Position numbers and translations under genes: made by a program. DNA of 64,000 bases. It comes from Octopus bimaculoides (lineage: Eukaryota). Under the pieces are notes generated by a model. That model saw only the letters and a list, made by a program, of their open reading frames with translations. It was not told where the DNA came from and searched no databases. This document shows, piece after piece, positions 26,918 through 40,338 of this stretch (its first letter is position 1; each line of letters begins with the position of its first letter). The DNA is taken from assembly GCF_001194135.2 (NCBI RefSeq), contig NC_068989.1, positions 25,385,295 through 25,449,294 of the forward strand, given 5' to 3'.

Positions 26918-27334
26918 ATATGTATATAACAGTTTAGATATTGAAGTAGAATAGACGAAGAATAATTGTTTGATTTAGTAAATATCAAATATGATGAATC
27001 GGAGACTTACTTGAGATCGCCGTTGTCGCATTAGAGCAGCTTCTGAAGTAGAAGTATCCACTCGTACTCTTACTCGTCGTGGCATTTTAAAGGTTAAATT
27101 TACCAAGGCTAATTTTTTAAAGCTAATATATAAACGTAGTATATTATTTTGTCCAACCCCTGTATGTATGTATGTATGTATGTATGAATGTATGTATGTA
27201 TGTATGTATGTATGTATGTATGTGTGTATGTATGTGTGTATGCACGTATGTGTGTATGTATGTGCGTGTGAGTGTGTGTTTCATTGTATACAAACACGTA
27301 CTCACATATTTTCAATAATATAATCAGGCAAGGA

Positions 27335-27890
27335 CATTAAAGAAGAGCTCACATTGATCCAATCTGTGTCGTCTAAATTGCCCAACTCTTCAAATAGATT
27401 AGCATTCTTATACTAGATAAGTTTTGGCCAGATTTTCAGGAATATTGCCAGCGTCTAGCGATTTCTTCCAGATAATAGCTGAAGGGAATCCCCGTTGATG
27501 AAGGCACTACCTAGCGGTGAACGTGTGGAAACCTTAAACTGGCTTCTTTTTAATTTTGTTAATAGCTGCTACGACATCTGAGGCTTTAATTGATATATCG
27601 GGTTGGGTGTGCTCGGGGTCTGTTTTACTGATTCTGTCAGGATTAACCATGTTGGGATTGCTGAAATGGGGCAGCATTGTTTCTGTAGAATCTCAATCAT
27701 GCCTTCTGCACAATTGTACAGCGTGCCATCTTCATCTATCAGAGGTCGAAGAGATAACAGATAAGACAGAGGAAGCCCTATGCATTTTGACGAATGAGAA
27801 CACTATGCGATTGGTTTTTATTTTCGCAACAACCCTCTTTTCGTCTGCTTTTCTTTGACTATTGAGGATGGTCGTCATGCAGTTTTTAAG
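27335..27890 (-). mobile_element. CR1/L2/Jockey-group LINE ORF2 fragment (region just upstream of RT)
   Basis: KIKTNRIVFSFVKMHR, DISIKASDVVAAINKIKKK and IIWKKSLDAGNIPENL are typical of the pre-RT segment of this group. Confidence 0.7.
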
Positions 27891-28024
27891 TAAATGCTAC
27901 TTTCTTTCATTCTAGTAAAGCTATATCTGCCAACTGTTGGTTTTGTAGCTCCCGATATTTTACTTGCTTGATTTTTCGATTAATCATTTCTTTATTTTTT
28001 CCTATAAGTACTCTTGTTACGCAG

Positions 28025-28104
28025 GAGCCTGTGGAGTGTGGCGGGAAGATATAATTCTGCCAGTGTCCACAAATATGTGTCAGGATGTATTGATGCTGCT
28101 TGGG
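28025..28104 (+). CDS. Candidate internal host exon (80 nt), product unidentified
   Basis: Acceptor CTTGTTACGCAG| after a T-rich tract and consensus donor |GTGAGT. GC-richer than its flanks. Two open frames: ACGVWREDIILPVSTNMCQDVLMLLG or SLWSVAGRYNSASVHKYVSGCIDAAW. Confidence 0.4.
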
Positions 28105-28227
28105 GTGAGTGAATTAGTGAAAGATAATCAACGTGAGAAAAATCGTGGGTGTTGCTTACATATACACACACACACGCACACACATACACACAGATATATA
28201 TGCGTGTGTGTGTGTATATATATACAT

Positions 28228-28258
<31 letters not shown>

Positions 28259-29012
28259 AATATATATANNNNNNNNNNNNNNNNNNNNNNNNNNNTATAT
28301 ATATATACATATACATATACATATATATAGTAAGTGTGTATAGTAATATGTATATCCACACAAATATACACACGCACGTATAAAATCAATGTATTTAGTT
28401 CGACATTACTACATTTTCGCAAAAACATTATCCTTGATATTTGCTTAATATACATTTTACGATAAACATTTCGATCTTTTTAGATTTATGGCTACATTTA
28501 TACACACACGTATATATTCCATACAAATCGCGGCATTAGTAATCTGTAAGGTTATTCAACGCACTGCTACTGAGAGATATTTCAAATTGTTGGATATTTG
28601 CTATGTCTACAATTTGGATTTTGCTGATTTCTTTCTGTTTGTGAAAATGGAATTGAAGAGAGGATAACGACGAGATGACGACAATGATGATGATGATGAC
28701 AATGATGATGATGAAGATGATGATAATGATGATGATATTCTGTATGAGGTTATTAAAAGGATAATGACAAAGATAAACACTAAAGTAGTTATTCTTGTTA
28801 ATGGAAAGCCATTCCTATTTGATCAGATGTAAGATCAAAAATTTCAACTAGGCCCATCCAATTATATTTCAGGCAGATTACAGTAGCAACGTTTCTGTTC
28901 TCATAAAACAATTGTATATTAGTTATGAAAGATTTAAGGCGATGAACTGTCAGAATCATTAGCCCGCCACGCAAAATGCTTAGTGGCGTTTCATCTGTCA
29001 TTGCGTACTGAT

Positions 29013-29147
29013 GTCAAATTCCGTCGAGGTCGACTTTGCCATTCGTCCTTCGGGATTACTAAAGTAAGTAGCAGTTGAACTCTAAGGCCAGCGTAACCTA
29101 CTTAACCACGTACCCGAACTTACTGGCCTTGTGCCAAACTTAGGAAT
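29013..29147 (+). mobile_element. SINE-like family B fragment
   Basis: GTCAAATTCCGTCGAGGTCGACTTTGCC ... CTGGCCTTGTGCCAAA. Confidence 0.6.
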
Positions 29148-29833
29148 CATTATTTAAGAGAGATTTGATTATCTATTGCAGATATAGCCATGACTTCATG
29201 ATTTTCTTGATAGTTCCATCCCTCTGTCCCTACCACTCTCCTCTCCTTCCAGGTGACCGGTGTTCCGCCAAGACTGACTTTTCTTTCTCGGTTCGTAGCA
29301 TCTCTTATATTTCTTACCATGACTTTCATCTCTTATGTTGCTGCCGTACGGCTTCACTTCCAAACACAGCGGCTTAATTTAATTCGCCATTAGTTAAAAG
29401 TCACCTTTTGTTATGTCCTGTTGTTTGTATTTGTAATTGTGTACCATTTCTCCGTTTTGTCGTCCTTGTTTTCGAATACGTTCGCTTGCTTGTTTCCAAA
29501 GAATCTAGTTTTCTTAGCTTAGATTTTCTTGTGTCCGGCTAGATTGTATCGTCTAACTGTGCATATGTTTTGTTGTCGCTTGTTATATTCTTGTTCCATT
29601 ATATATNNNNNNNNNNNNNNNNNNNNNNNNNNNNNNNNNNNNNNNNNNNNNNNNNNNNNNNNNNNNNNNNNNNNNNNNNNNNNNNNNNNNNNNNNNNNNN
29701 NNNNNNNNNNNNNNNNNNNNNNNNNNNNNNNNNNNNNNNNNNNNNNNNNNNNNNNNNNNNNNNNNNNNNNNNNNNNNNNNNNNNNNNNNNNNNNNNNNNN
29801 NNNNNNNNNNNNNNNNNNNNNNNNATATATATA

Positions 29834-30720
29834 TACGAGGGTTATTTATTAAAGACTTCTCTTGACTTTACTTCGGAAACAGTCTTTACTTCGGAAATAA
29901 GTTCATCATCGTCTGCAAAATGTTTCCCTTTCAAAAAAGACTTCATGGTTGGAAAGAGGTGGAAGTCAGATGGTGTGAGGTGAGGTCAGGAGAGTAAGAA
30001 GTATAGGGAAGGATATCACTGCTGCAGGAGTCTGCTTTCATATGGTCAGCATGCTACTCATCTCTGCCTTGATGGCGGCTCATAATTTTGGCGGCAGAGA
30101 CGCGCAGCATGTCCCGTTAATTGTGGTGCCCTTTGCGAGAAAATCTATTATCTCTCCTCCACGCTGGTCTCAAAAGTTTCTGAGCATCGTCTTGCCTGCT
30201 GAGCGTTGGACAGACGCCTTCTTTGGAGGTGATGAGTTATCATGCTTCCATTGCTTCGAATGAACTTTAGTCTCAGGTAATAATGATGTACCCATGGTTC
30301 ATCCTGTATGATAAATCTGTCGAAAAAAAACCCCTCGTTTTCTTGGCACATTGCCAAAACAGCCTGGGAGCAGTTGACTCGTGCTGCTTCTGAAAAGGTG
30401 TCAGCATCCGGTGAATCCATCGTGCCGACAATTTCCGTATGAAAAAAATGGTCATGAATGATTTTTGCCACGGACTCTACACCTATACTCACTTTTTGGG
30501 CTAGTCACTGAACAGTTATGTGGCGGTCTTCCAAAATGGCGGCTTCCAGTTTATAGATATTGTCATCAGCAATGGCGGAATGTGGACGTCCAGGAATAGG
30601 AGCAGTTTACACCGATGTCCGTCCACATTTGAACTAGCGATGCCAGTTCTTGACTACGTCGCATGATGGTGCATCGTCACCATACGTGTCTTTCGCCTCA
30701 TCGAAAGACTCTTTTGCTGT
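29834..30720 (-). mobile_element. Mariner (DD34D-type) transposon remnant with one TIR
   Basis: TA-CGAGGG terminus at 29834. Translation gives IRKLSARWIHRMLTPFQKQ, FIIQDEPWVHHY, KKASVQRSAGKTML and a degenerate PYSPDL..SDFHLFPTMKSFLKGKHFADDDEL. Confidence 0.85.
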
Positions 30721-32029
30721 ATGACCATTCAATTATAAGGACCTGATCACTGATCTGCATTCAAGTGCATCCATTATAACACCTTAGTCCACTTCAACAG
30801 CCAGAAAAGAAATAAATACTAATGGAAAGCTGCAATTTACAATGTAGCATGTAGAGACATATATGATTATACCTGTAGAAGTTCCGTTTCCTGCAGTAAT
30901 CGTATGTGGGTCACATTATCTTTGAATTAAAAATATTTTTGTCATATACGCATATATATATCCCATGATTACGTCTCTGTTGCATGAAGTAGGGAGCAAG
31001 TATGTGTAAAATTTATTAAACATGGAAGATTGGGTGCTACACGTCAAGAAAGACACCAAATATAGAAGTATACTTTGTTGTATGTAAGTTTGGGGAGGTA
31101 TTATATGAACACATATTTAAAGAGGTCTGAGAACCTATATACCGAAGATAATTTCTTATTTTTGCTTTAGTGTTTAGACGATAAATGTAATAAGGCAAAT
31201 ATTGATACCAACTACATATTCATTAAAGAAAAGAGCACAACATATTGATGCAATTTGTTTGCCTTTGTAATTTATGCTTAGCCCGAAATTAACGTATATT
31301 GGAAGAAGCCTTTCATCAGAGATGTTCCAAAAATGATTATCCTGACTTTCATTTGATCATTGTTTATCTAACTCTACATTATTGATATTACTTCGGCTAT
31401 CTCAAGATAGTAGGTTCTAAATTGAGTAACATTTGGTTCCTATTTCAAGCAGATAAATCAGTTACTGATAGGTAAAATTCGCATATGCACATATAGAAAT
31501 TAAGCTCTACTTATATCTGGTTTAATTTGTCTATAAACAGTTATATAAGTATAAAATTCAAAAAGGAATATTGGGTTTGAATTAGAAAACATTATCTCCT
31601 TTCATTAGACGAAATTATTATGAAAATAATGTTTTTTAATGAAGGATTTTCAATAATGGCATAAGTAATTAGTTCATTAATTAGAAATGATAGGCACAGT
31701 GTTTGAATGCTAGTAGAGTATGTAGAGATAAATCAAAGTTGCATTAAAGAGTACATTAAAAAACCCGAAAGGTAATTGTGAAAGTAGTATAATTAAGTGG
31801 TTCAGGAAAATACAATGGAAATTAGTATAATCAAAAATGTAAAAGAAACTAGAAAAGTATAAAGAGGATGAATCCAATAACGTGCCTATCTGAGAGTCTA
31901 TGATATATTCTTTTGCCTGGGCTCGAAGGATATTTCAGAACATTTAATTATCAGTATATTACTGTCTTCAAATTAATTACAATATTTTGTTTCTTTCAGA
32001 TCCCCAAGCAGCAGATAATTTACTTTTAC

Positions 32030-32620
32030 ACAAGATATGAAAAGCCATGTGATAATTGATGCCATATGTGCATAACACAGTGATTTAGAAAGTGCCAACT
32101 TTCTGAATGTTGTAAGATCCTTTATACACGAAGTTCAGATGGAACTGGAAAATTCTGGTGAGAATGCTTTGACTGTATCAAGGAGGAAAGCAAAAACATT
32201 CTTAAGATCCAGGTACAAAAAGCTACGGCAATTTATCCAGCGGGTTCAAAACATTATCGATGATGGTACTGGGAAAATCAGTGAGGGCCATCGCGAAAGA
32301 ACTTCTGTTGTCGGGGCGTAATATCAGAATTGTAATGCACTAGGCCATTCCATACTAGTTATATACATTACGGAGAAGCAAACTGATGTATGTAAAAATA
32401 CTTGAAAATCGTTTGATTCTTCCCATGCGGTTAGTTAACCTGCTCAAACGGGAGATTAATCGACACTAAGGTAATGATATAACTTCACTGAAGGCTGCTA
32501 TAGTGCCGGTGATGTCCAAAATGAATAAAGAATATTTAAGACACGTCAACATTTCCTGTCCTGAAGTAAAGGTGTCCTCACTGCTGAAGGCGAATTCATA
32601 TAGTAAGCTGATAAGAAAAA
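32030..32620 (+). mobile_element. maT/DD37D-like mariner remnant (N-terminus joined to C-terminus)
   Basis: MKSHVIIDAICA*HSDLESANFLNVVRSFIHEV... followed by ..DITSLKAAIVPVMSKMNKE..VLTAEGEFI, homologous to the C-terminus at 33550-33720. Confidence 0.65.
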
Positions 32621-33041
32621 AAAATCCTTATGGAGTATATGCGTACATATTTTTATTAAAATATATTTCGTTTCTATAAGATTGGCATCCGGTATAATTA
32701 TCTACACACACAGACACATACACACTTACACACACACATATAAACACACACTCAGACACACAGACAAATCACATGCATACACACGCACATACATACACAC
32801 AAATAGCATGAAATATCTTACGTTTTCAAGTATACGTATAGAAAGGAATGAAGTACATAATTAAATATATCACTGGGATACAGAACAAAGGGCTATATTT
32901 AAAAGAAAAGATGCAACATACTGTGCGTAAATAATAGAAAAATGCAATTTTGCTGATATCAGCTCATAGATTAAATGTAAATAAATATGTATGTGAAACG
33001 AGGCAAGAATGTAGTTTCATATATATATATATATATAAGTT

Positions 33042-33767
33042 GGATTAATGGGTATAAGTCGGTTGGTGTACTGAAATGTTGAATACAGCACTCGCACGGC
33101 TTAGGCTAGCTGATGTCTTCCGCAGTTGGGGTGCATTTCCGTTGGATCTATTTCCCTAACTCCAATATGAACATTTCAGGGTGTTTGGGTGTCAATCTGA
33201 CGACAATTCAATCTAAGGACATGTACCGAGAGTAACAATAATCAAACATCCAGCCAACATCATGGTGCTTGGAACGATCATTAGTAATGGCGACGTTATG
33301 CCTCAATTTATCTTCCCACATGGCCTCTAACTCAACACGGAGGCCTACATTAAATACATGGAGGAGTTAATGCTGCTCTGAGTCAAAAGGATGGCTGCTG
33401 GAAGACACTATGTCTGGCGACAGAAATCTGTACTACACCACACAAGCAGGAGAACCCAGCCATGGCTGTCAGACAATTTCTGCGACCCCCAAAATCTGGC
33501 CACCTAACGTCCTAGACTGCAATCTCTTTGTTTATTATCTTTGGGGTTCAGTTGAGCGAGAGACCAAGAAAACTCCTTGTAACACCAAAAACGAATTGAA
33601 AGCAGGGATTACGGCAGCATTCACCAACTTAAAGAAGGACACAGCCCAGAATAGTTGCAGGAGATTCCATAATCGTCCAGAGGCCCTGGTTAAAGCCAAT
33701 GGTGATTTTATTGAAAAAATTTTTCTTTAGTATTTCAATATATTTTTATGTAATTTTCGTAAATATA
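33042..33767 (+). mobile_element. maT/DD37D-like mariner transposase remnant (3' end probably resumes at 37341-37410)
   Basis: KHPANIMVLGTIISNGDVMPQFIFPHG..NTEAYI, RRTQPWLSDNF, IWPPNVLDCNLFVYYLWGSVERETKKTPCNTKNELKA..CRRFHNRPEALVKANGDFIE. Confidence 0.8.
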
Positions 33768-34099
33768 CACTGTACCGCAAAAGAAACGTGATTTTTTCGA
33801 GTGTCATTTTTATATGGTAAATTCTGAAAATTTCTTTCAGGGATGTAAGTGTAAATATTCCAAGACATGATGGTTTATGGATGAAACCCAAATTGCAGGT
33901 AACATTTCAACTTTCTCAGAAGCAAGACGCCAAAACACAGCTACGTTGAATGCCGTGGGTGGCAACCGCAAACTATTATTATGAAAACCGAAATGCACAT
34001 GCATCTCGGGGACGTAATGGGTATAAAAATCAACTTGAACCGCGTTCATGAAATTCGTAATTTCTCCGCAGAATCGTCTGTCGTCTTTTTTACGAAAGG

Positions 34100-35490
34100 G
34101 TTGTGAAAATTGTGTGAAATTGTAAAAATGCGAAAATTCTGTTCTATTTTGTTGATTGTATTTTTGAACATTCTTGTTGCTAGTTTACAGCTGAATTGTT
34201 TTACGCTGTTCCTATTTTGTAGAGGGATGTGTAGATATGTCCAATACTGATAGCATGAGCTCGTTTGAGTATTCTTCCTCTGAAGAGGAACTCCTTAGAG
34301 CCCTTGATAATGGGAATAAGATGGACTGTGCAAAGGCTGCTAAAGCAGCTAAAAAATATCAATTTGAAACAAGTTGGAAAGTTCAATGATTTAAAAAATG
34401 ATGGAAGTAATTTTAATGTGTCCCTCTCGTAGGGGACGTAGTGTTGAGTCAGAAGGAAAAATTGATTATATTTCAAACTCTTTCCGCGGAGAGCAAATAA
34501 ACAGAGATTTTGTCTCCAAGCCAAATTGAAATGGCATTAAAGCCCATATGGAGCCATACAGTACACATTAACAGATGCAGGAAGTACGTAACAATGGAGG
34601 TGCGGTTCAGAGATGCAGCAACCGCTAGACTACTGCATCGAAGGAGGTAGTGCTCCTACCCACCTTCCTGGGAAGACGTACTTCCAGGGTGAAGGTGGAG
34701 GACATACATCCTAAGATAGATGTAGCCTGGCTGGTGGACGCAATCTTGTTGGGCTTGGAGCAGGAATTGGTGGTTTTCCAATCCACGTGCACCGACCATA
34801 TGAACTGGCAGGGGCAAGGGCTTGAGGTGTTGATTCAGGCCACTGCAGACGTCTTTGAAAAAGTTATAGAAACAATAAGGGTAGAAGATATAGTGTTAAG
34901 GGTGAAAGTGGAGGACAGAATCCCCAGGTATTACCAATGTGTCGAAAAGCGCCACATTATGGTTGGCTGCTCTTCACCACTCACTAACAAAAAAGAAACC
35001 GCACCTCCGCCTAACCAGAAATTATCACAGAGGAACAAGAAGAATGGAAAAAATAGAAAAGAAAAAGAAAAAAAGGAAGACACAAACTTGCAGTCACACC
35101 CCAAGCCCACCCAGCAGCCACCCAAGCCCACTTTTCCACACCCTTCCCCTGCAACCACCGATCCTCCCTTTATCCCGGCCGACATGCAAAAAATTTACAC
35201 GCATTCAGAGATGTCCCAAATCTCTCAATCCCTGTCCATAAAATAAAAAAGGTGACAAAGGAACCAAAGTATTAATCTTCTATGATGTAATCAACAAACA
35301 ATTAGTAGTCAAAATAAAGACTTTGGAAAGCATAAGACTGGTAAATGCTTGGCATAAATTCTCCTCGCATATGGAATGCGCAATCCTTGACGTTACAAAT
35401 AAAACGAAACTAGAAAAGTTCGTGAAAGTGAAATAATGCGAAATTAAAATAGGAAAAGACTTACCACACATGATAAGTGCAGAAAATTTA
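34100..35490 (+). mobile_element. L1/Tx1-type ORF1 unit, copy 1 (nested in Tc1; start approximate)
   Basis: EMALKPIW..MEVRFRD, LPTFLGRRTSRVKVEDIHPKIDVAWLV, NWQGQGL and a degenerate knuckle YYQCVEKRHIMVGC. Homologous to 59.6-61.0 kb and 61.9-63.2 kb. Confidence 0.7.
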
Positions 35491-35491
35491 T

Positions 35492-35891
35492 AGGCGTAGG
35501 AGTGGCTGTGTGGTAAGTAGCTTGATTATCAACCACATGGTCCCGGGTTCAGTCCCACTGCGTGGCATCTTGGGCAAGTGTCTTCTACTATAGCCTCGGG
35601 CCGACCAAAGCCTTGTGAGTGGATTTGGTAGACGGAAACTGAAAGAAGCCTGTCGTATATATGTATATATATGTATGTGTTTGTATGTCTGTGTTTGTCC
35701 CACCAACATCGCTTGACAACCGATACTGGTGTGTTTATGTCCCCGTAACTTTGCGGTTCGGCAAAAGAGACCGATAGAATAAGTACTAGGTTTCCAAAGA
35801 ATAAGTCATGGGGTCGATTTGCTCGACTAAAGGCGGCGCTCCAGCATGGCCACAATCAAAAGACTGAAACAAGTAAAAGAGTAAAAGAGTA
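35492..35891 (+). mobile_element. tRNA-derived SINE family 1, full length
   Basis: A box TGGCTGTGTGG, B box GGGTTCAGTCCC, internal TA/TG tract and tail (AGTAAAAG)n. Confidence 0.9.
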
Positions 35892-37529
35892 TGCAAAATT
35901 TATCATCGATGTTGTAAACTTTCTTAAAAAGTAATCAAAAGTGAAATGATGGCGCCCGGATGTGGGGCCGAGCCTCATTGCATATTACATTTTCTCATTG
36001 CACACTTTCACCTGTTTTCACTTACCCATATGTTTGTACTGTTTTGTATTGTCCCATCTATGATTAGCCCCTTTGTGGGTACTAAAGAAATCAATCGTAA
36101 TTTGAACGCATCAGGTATGACCCGATTGTCAGCAGTGCATATAGAACAAGCTATCGGCCGATTGCAAGCAGGTCAGCATGCCCTGGTTGTTACGAAAGCT
36201 TACAATGTCCATGTCAGCATCATCTATCGCCTGAAACAGCGATACAACACAAACAACACTGCAGATCGTGCCCACAGAGGGCTCTCCCGGGTGACCAGGC
36301 CCAGCCAAGGCCGCTTCATCCACCTGCAACATCTCCGTGATCGCTTCAAACCGGCCAGCCTGACAGCTCGCGAGACCATTTGCACTGGACAGCGACCTAT
36401 CAGAGACAAGGTACGGCGTCAACTGACCGCCAACAACCTGCGTTGCCGTCATCCTGCTCGAGGGCTAATCCTCACCGCCTTCTACTCTCAGGCATGACTA
36501 CAGTGGGCTACGGAGAAACGATATTGGCAGCATCAACAATGGAGGTCGATAGTCTTCTCTGACGAGAGCCGGTACTGCGTTTCCACCTCGAATGGCAGAT
36601 TGAGGGTGTGGAGTAGGCGGGAGTGAACGCTATAGAGATGCATGTGTCATGGAAAAAGGCTCGTGGTGTGGCCAAAGAATTATGGTTTCGGGTGCTGTAG
36701 GCCTGAATCAGAGAATTGAGCCCCATGTGTTCCAAAATGTTGGTGCAGGCAGAGGGAATGACATCACAGCGCAACTTTTCGTTGACCAGACCCTAAGACC
36801 TCATATCGTGCCCTTCCTCGCCTATCACCATAGCCATGTGTTCCAGAAGGATAATGCTCCCTTCTACACGGCCAGAGTCACCATGGACTGCCGGCGTCAG
36901 TACAACATCAGAATGAAACTGTGCGTTAGTACAACACCAGAACCAAGCAATTGAAGACCTGTGAGATGAAATCCAGAAACAGCTGAACCAGGTGGTCCCA
37001 AGGCCGATAACCCGTGAGGAACTGGAGGGAGCTTCCCTGAGTGTATGGGCACAGGAGCCAATGGCTTTTTTGAACCGCCTAATGTACTCCATGTTCCGAC
37101 AGTGTATGGCTATTTGAACACCCCGGGAGGGCATACGGGCTGTTGAACATGTCACGCCCTACAACCTCGATGTGCTTGATCCGCTCACTATCAGAACACA
37201 TGACAACGACCCATAGACTGTGGTCAAAGTACATGCAAGAAATTGACTTTATCATATTTATCGAAATTTATCTCTGACATAATGAAATTAAAACATATTT
37301 CACAGTCACACACATCTCGCGTTTCTTTTGAGGTTCTGTGTATCTTTTATAATGAGATGTCAGTGTTATTTTCCTTTTTGCGTAACTTAGACGTCAGTTT
37401 ATTCACTCTATGTGTTTGTGTGTTTGCTTGTTTGTGTGTGTGTGTGCGCGCACGCGCGCGTATGTTTGTGCGTGCCTGCTTACTCTTATACGAGCGAAAC
37501 CATCGCTGGACAAAAATCATTGTATGGCC

Positions 37530-37915
37530 CCGTCAAAGATTTGTACATTTTATTGCATAATGCACATCCTTGGAGAAGGATTCGGTACCACAGTATGAAA
37601 TCTTTTGACATGTCTTTTAATCCTCCAGTTGAAAGACACACCTTTCCACAAGCTGCATATTTCTTGCTCTCAACGATAGTTGTATCATAATTTACAAAGG
37701 GCCCATTCCCGTTGCTTCTTTGGTGGCTGATCAAGCCTGCAAGACTTAAGCATTTCCGCCTACAAATCACACAAGAAAAAACCAATACACGTTCCTTTTC
37801 TATTGGCTCATTCTTTCTAAGCTTTCTCTTGATCTTCTCGTGCTTCATTCACACCCTTTCAAGGCATTCTTTGAAACTTATTTCGGGTTTTCGTGCTGGC
37901 CTTTTAAGATCTTTA
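37530..37915 (-). mobile_element. RTE-type LINE ORF2 C-terminal fragment with two C2H2-like fingers
   Basis: FSCVICRRKCLSLAGLISHQRS and YAACGKVCLSTGGLK, preceded by a basic KIKRKLRK stretch. Confidence 0.55.
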
Positions 37916-37987
37916 TACGTGTGTGTGTGTGTATGTGTGTGTGTTTGTATATACATACATACACACACACGCACACACACACACACG

Positions 37988-38029
<42 letters not shown>

Positions 38030-38229
38030 AATGTATATATATATATATATATATANNNNNNNNNNNNNNNNNNNNNNNNNNNNNNNNNNNNNNNNNNNNN
38101 NNNNNNNNNNNNNNNNNNNNNNNNNNNNNNNNNNNNNNNNNNNNNNNNNNNNNNNNNNNNNNNNNNNNNNNNNNNNNNNNNNNNNNNNNNNNNNNNNNNN
38201 NNNNNNNNNNNNNNNNNNNNNNNNNNNNN

Positions 38230-38270
<41 letters not shown>

Positions 38271-38339
38271 GTATATATATATATGTATATGTATATATGT
38301 ATATATACTTGTATATATACTTATACATTTCATGTGTAC

Positions 38340-38615
38340 GTCCTCTTGTTTTGTTGTTAGTTTTAATGCTCGATTTCCTATCTGTGCTTCTTTGACCATG
38401 AGCATTAATAAAAGTCAGGGCTATACACTAAAAGTTGGTGGATTGCAACTTGAACAACCAAGCTTTTCACATGGCCAACTTTATGTAGGAGCATCTTGTG
38501 TGGGAGTAAAAGCAAATCTTTTTGCTTATCCACTACAAAATAAAACAAGAACATTGTTTATGAAGAAATAGTCACTCTTAATGCTACGAGCCTACTTCAT
38601 GCTCTTAATGCTACA
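38340..38615 (+). mobile_element. Helitron PIF1 helicase C-terminal fragment
   Basis: RFPICASLTMSINKSQGYTLKVGGLQLEQPSFSHGQLYVGASCV (helicase motifs V and VI). Confidence 0.9.
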
Positions 38616-38718
38616 TGATTAACTATCATCCTCGACCGCCCCCATTAAACAAATACGCAACAAACACTATGAAAGTGAACGTACGTTACCGGCAATCTGC
38701 CAAGTATATACAATACGT

Positions 38719-38769
<51 letters not shown>

Positions 38770-38799
38770 TTAATAATAATAATGATAATAATAATAATA

Positions 38800-39750
38800 A
38801 TACAATACTTATCGAAAATGTGATGCACCCACAAACATTTAAGAAACAAGATAACAAGAAGGAGTGATCAACTGGTAACTGAAACCAGTGTATGGGCAAT
38901 ACCTCAGGAAAAGACAAGATCAACTCTTGGAGATGGCTAAGAAAAAGTGATCTGAAAGTATATAGTGAGACATTGATATCCAGCGCCCAGGAACAAACTC
39001 TGAGAACTAATTGCACCAAGTTCCAAATATATAAGAGTAGTGAATCACCCCTTTGTAGCATGTGTGGCAGCAGAAACGAAACAGTTTCACATATTGTGAG
39101 TGTGTGTAACAAGCTGTCCCCCAAAAAACTACAAAAGGAGGTACGATAATATGGCTAAGTTCGTCCACTGGAAGCTATGTGAAAAGTTAGGCCTGAACAT
39201 AGCAGGGGAATTGTACGAATAAGAAACAGAAGGAGGCGCAGAGAACAAGGAACATAAAGTACTGTGAAATTTTACAATCCAGTGTGACTCCCTAATGGAG
39301 GCTCGGAAATCAGATATTGTTGCGGTAGATAAAGCTGAAAAGGAAATCGAAATTATAGATATAGCAATACCTGGAAAAGCACGCATATGTAGCAAAGAAC
39401 TACAAAAAATTGAAAAGTATAGCCTATTAAAAGACCAAATTTCAAAAATGTGGACTATGAGGAAAGTGTCTGTTATTCCAGTAGTTGTAGGGGCACTCAG
39501 AGTACTAACAACCAAGCTGGAGAAATATGGCAAAGACATCGGAATTGACATGAGAGCAATGCAAGCACCCCAAAACTGCTCTGCTGGAGAGAGCTTGGAT
39601 TTTGAGATTGGTACTTGGATGTTGAATGTCTCCCACGATAATTATCTACCAATCATCAAATCTTATGATATGCAGAAAGAGACCCCCTGAGACCTCTGAT
39701 ACCAGGCTGCTATCTATTAGAACAAACAAAACCGAACGTTCTGAGAAGTA
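38800..39750 (+). mobile_element. R4/Dong-clade LINE, 5'-truncated copy
   Basis: SAQEQTLRTN, CCHC finger CSMCGSRNETVSHIVSVC, REL endonuclease RKSDIVAVDK..IIDIAIP..KELQKIEKY and VIPVVVGAL. Preceded by (CTA)n(TAA)n and followed by (CAA/CAG)n. Confidence 0.9.
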
Positions 39751-40269
39751 AAACGATAACAACAACAACAATAACAACAGCAACAACAACAGCAACAGCA
39801 TCAGCAGCAACAACAACAACAATAATATTAAAGCTTGAACTTTTGATACATGCCCAATAGTTTCAGACGAAGTGTGAGTCAATTCTGTAATGGACCAGAA
39901 ATGATGACTGAAAACTAATTTCAGCTGGATTTGATTTCAGTAAGTAACCGTTACAATTACCGAAGATCATCATTTTACTTCTTAAAACTTGCTGGGATTT
40001 GCCAATATTAGTACAAAAACACTAATTATACAGGTATAGGTTATTGGATGTCATCAACTCCACCAGATTTTAAATGGGACTTTATCACTGTGTCCCTGAC
40101 AATGATAGAGAAATTTGACCTCAACGGGATTTGAACTCAGTACATAGAGAGTTTTGCTCGAAGCTATTTCACCACCAATCTATCTAGCCTTCTTGTTCTT
40201 GTTCTTGTTCTTGTTCTTCTTCTTCTTTCGCCGCCGCCACCGCTGCTACTGCTGTTGCTACTGCTGCTG

Positions 40270-40338
<69 letters not shown>

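Larger units (their letters stand above)
33768..37340 (+). mobile_element. Tc1-like (DD34E) transposon bounded by TIRs, carrying nested insertions
   Basis: TA-CACTGTACCGCAAAAGAAACGTGA (33766-33791) vs the reverse complement of 37317-37342, TA-CACAGAACCTCAAAAGAAACGCGA (22/26 identical); TA on both sides. Transposase at ~36115-37145: paired-like HTH, IVFSDESR, IMVSGAV, FQKDNAP and the IEDLWDE region. Confidence 0.85.

Noticed and set aside
27495-27540. TTGATGAAGG...GGAAAC hammerhead-like string
   Set aside because: The core C3 is wrong, there is no cleavage triplet pairing, and it lies within the antisense of a CR1-like coding remnant.
31999-32111. Strong splice acceptor TTTCTTTCAG|ATCCCC
   Set aside because: All frames close quickly; the sequence is the leader and N-terminus of a maT-like transposase remnant.
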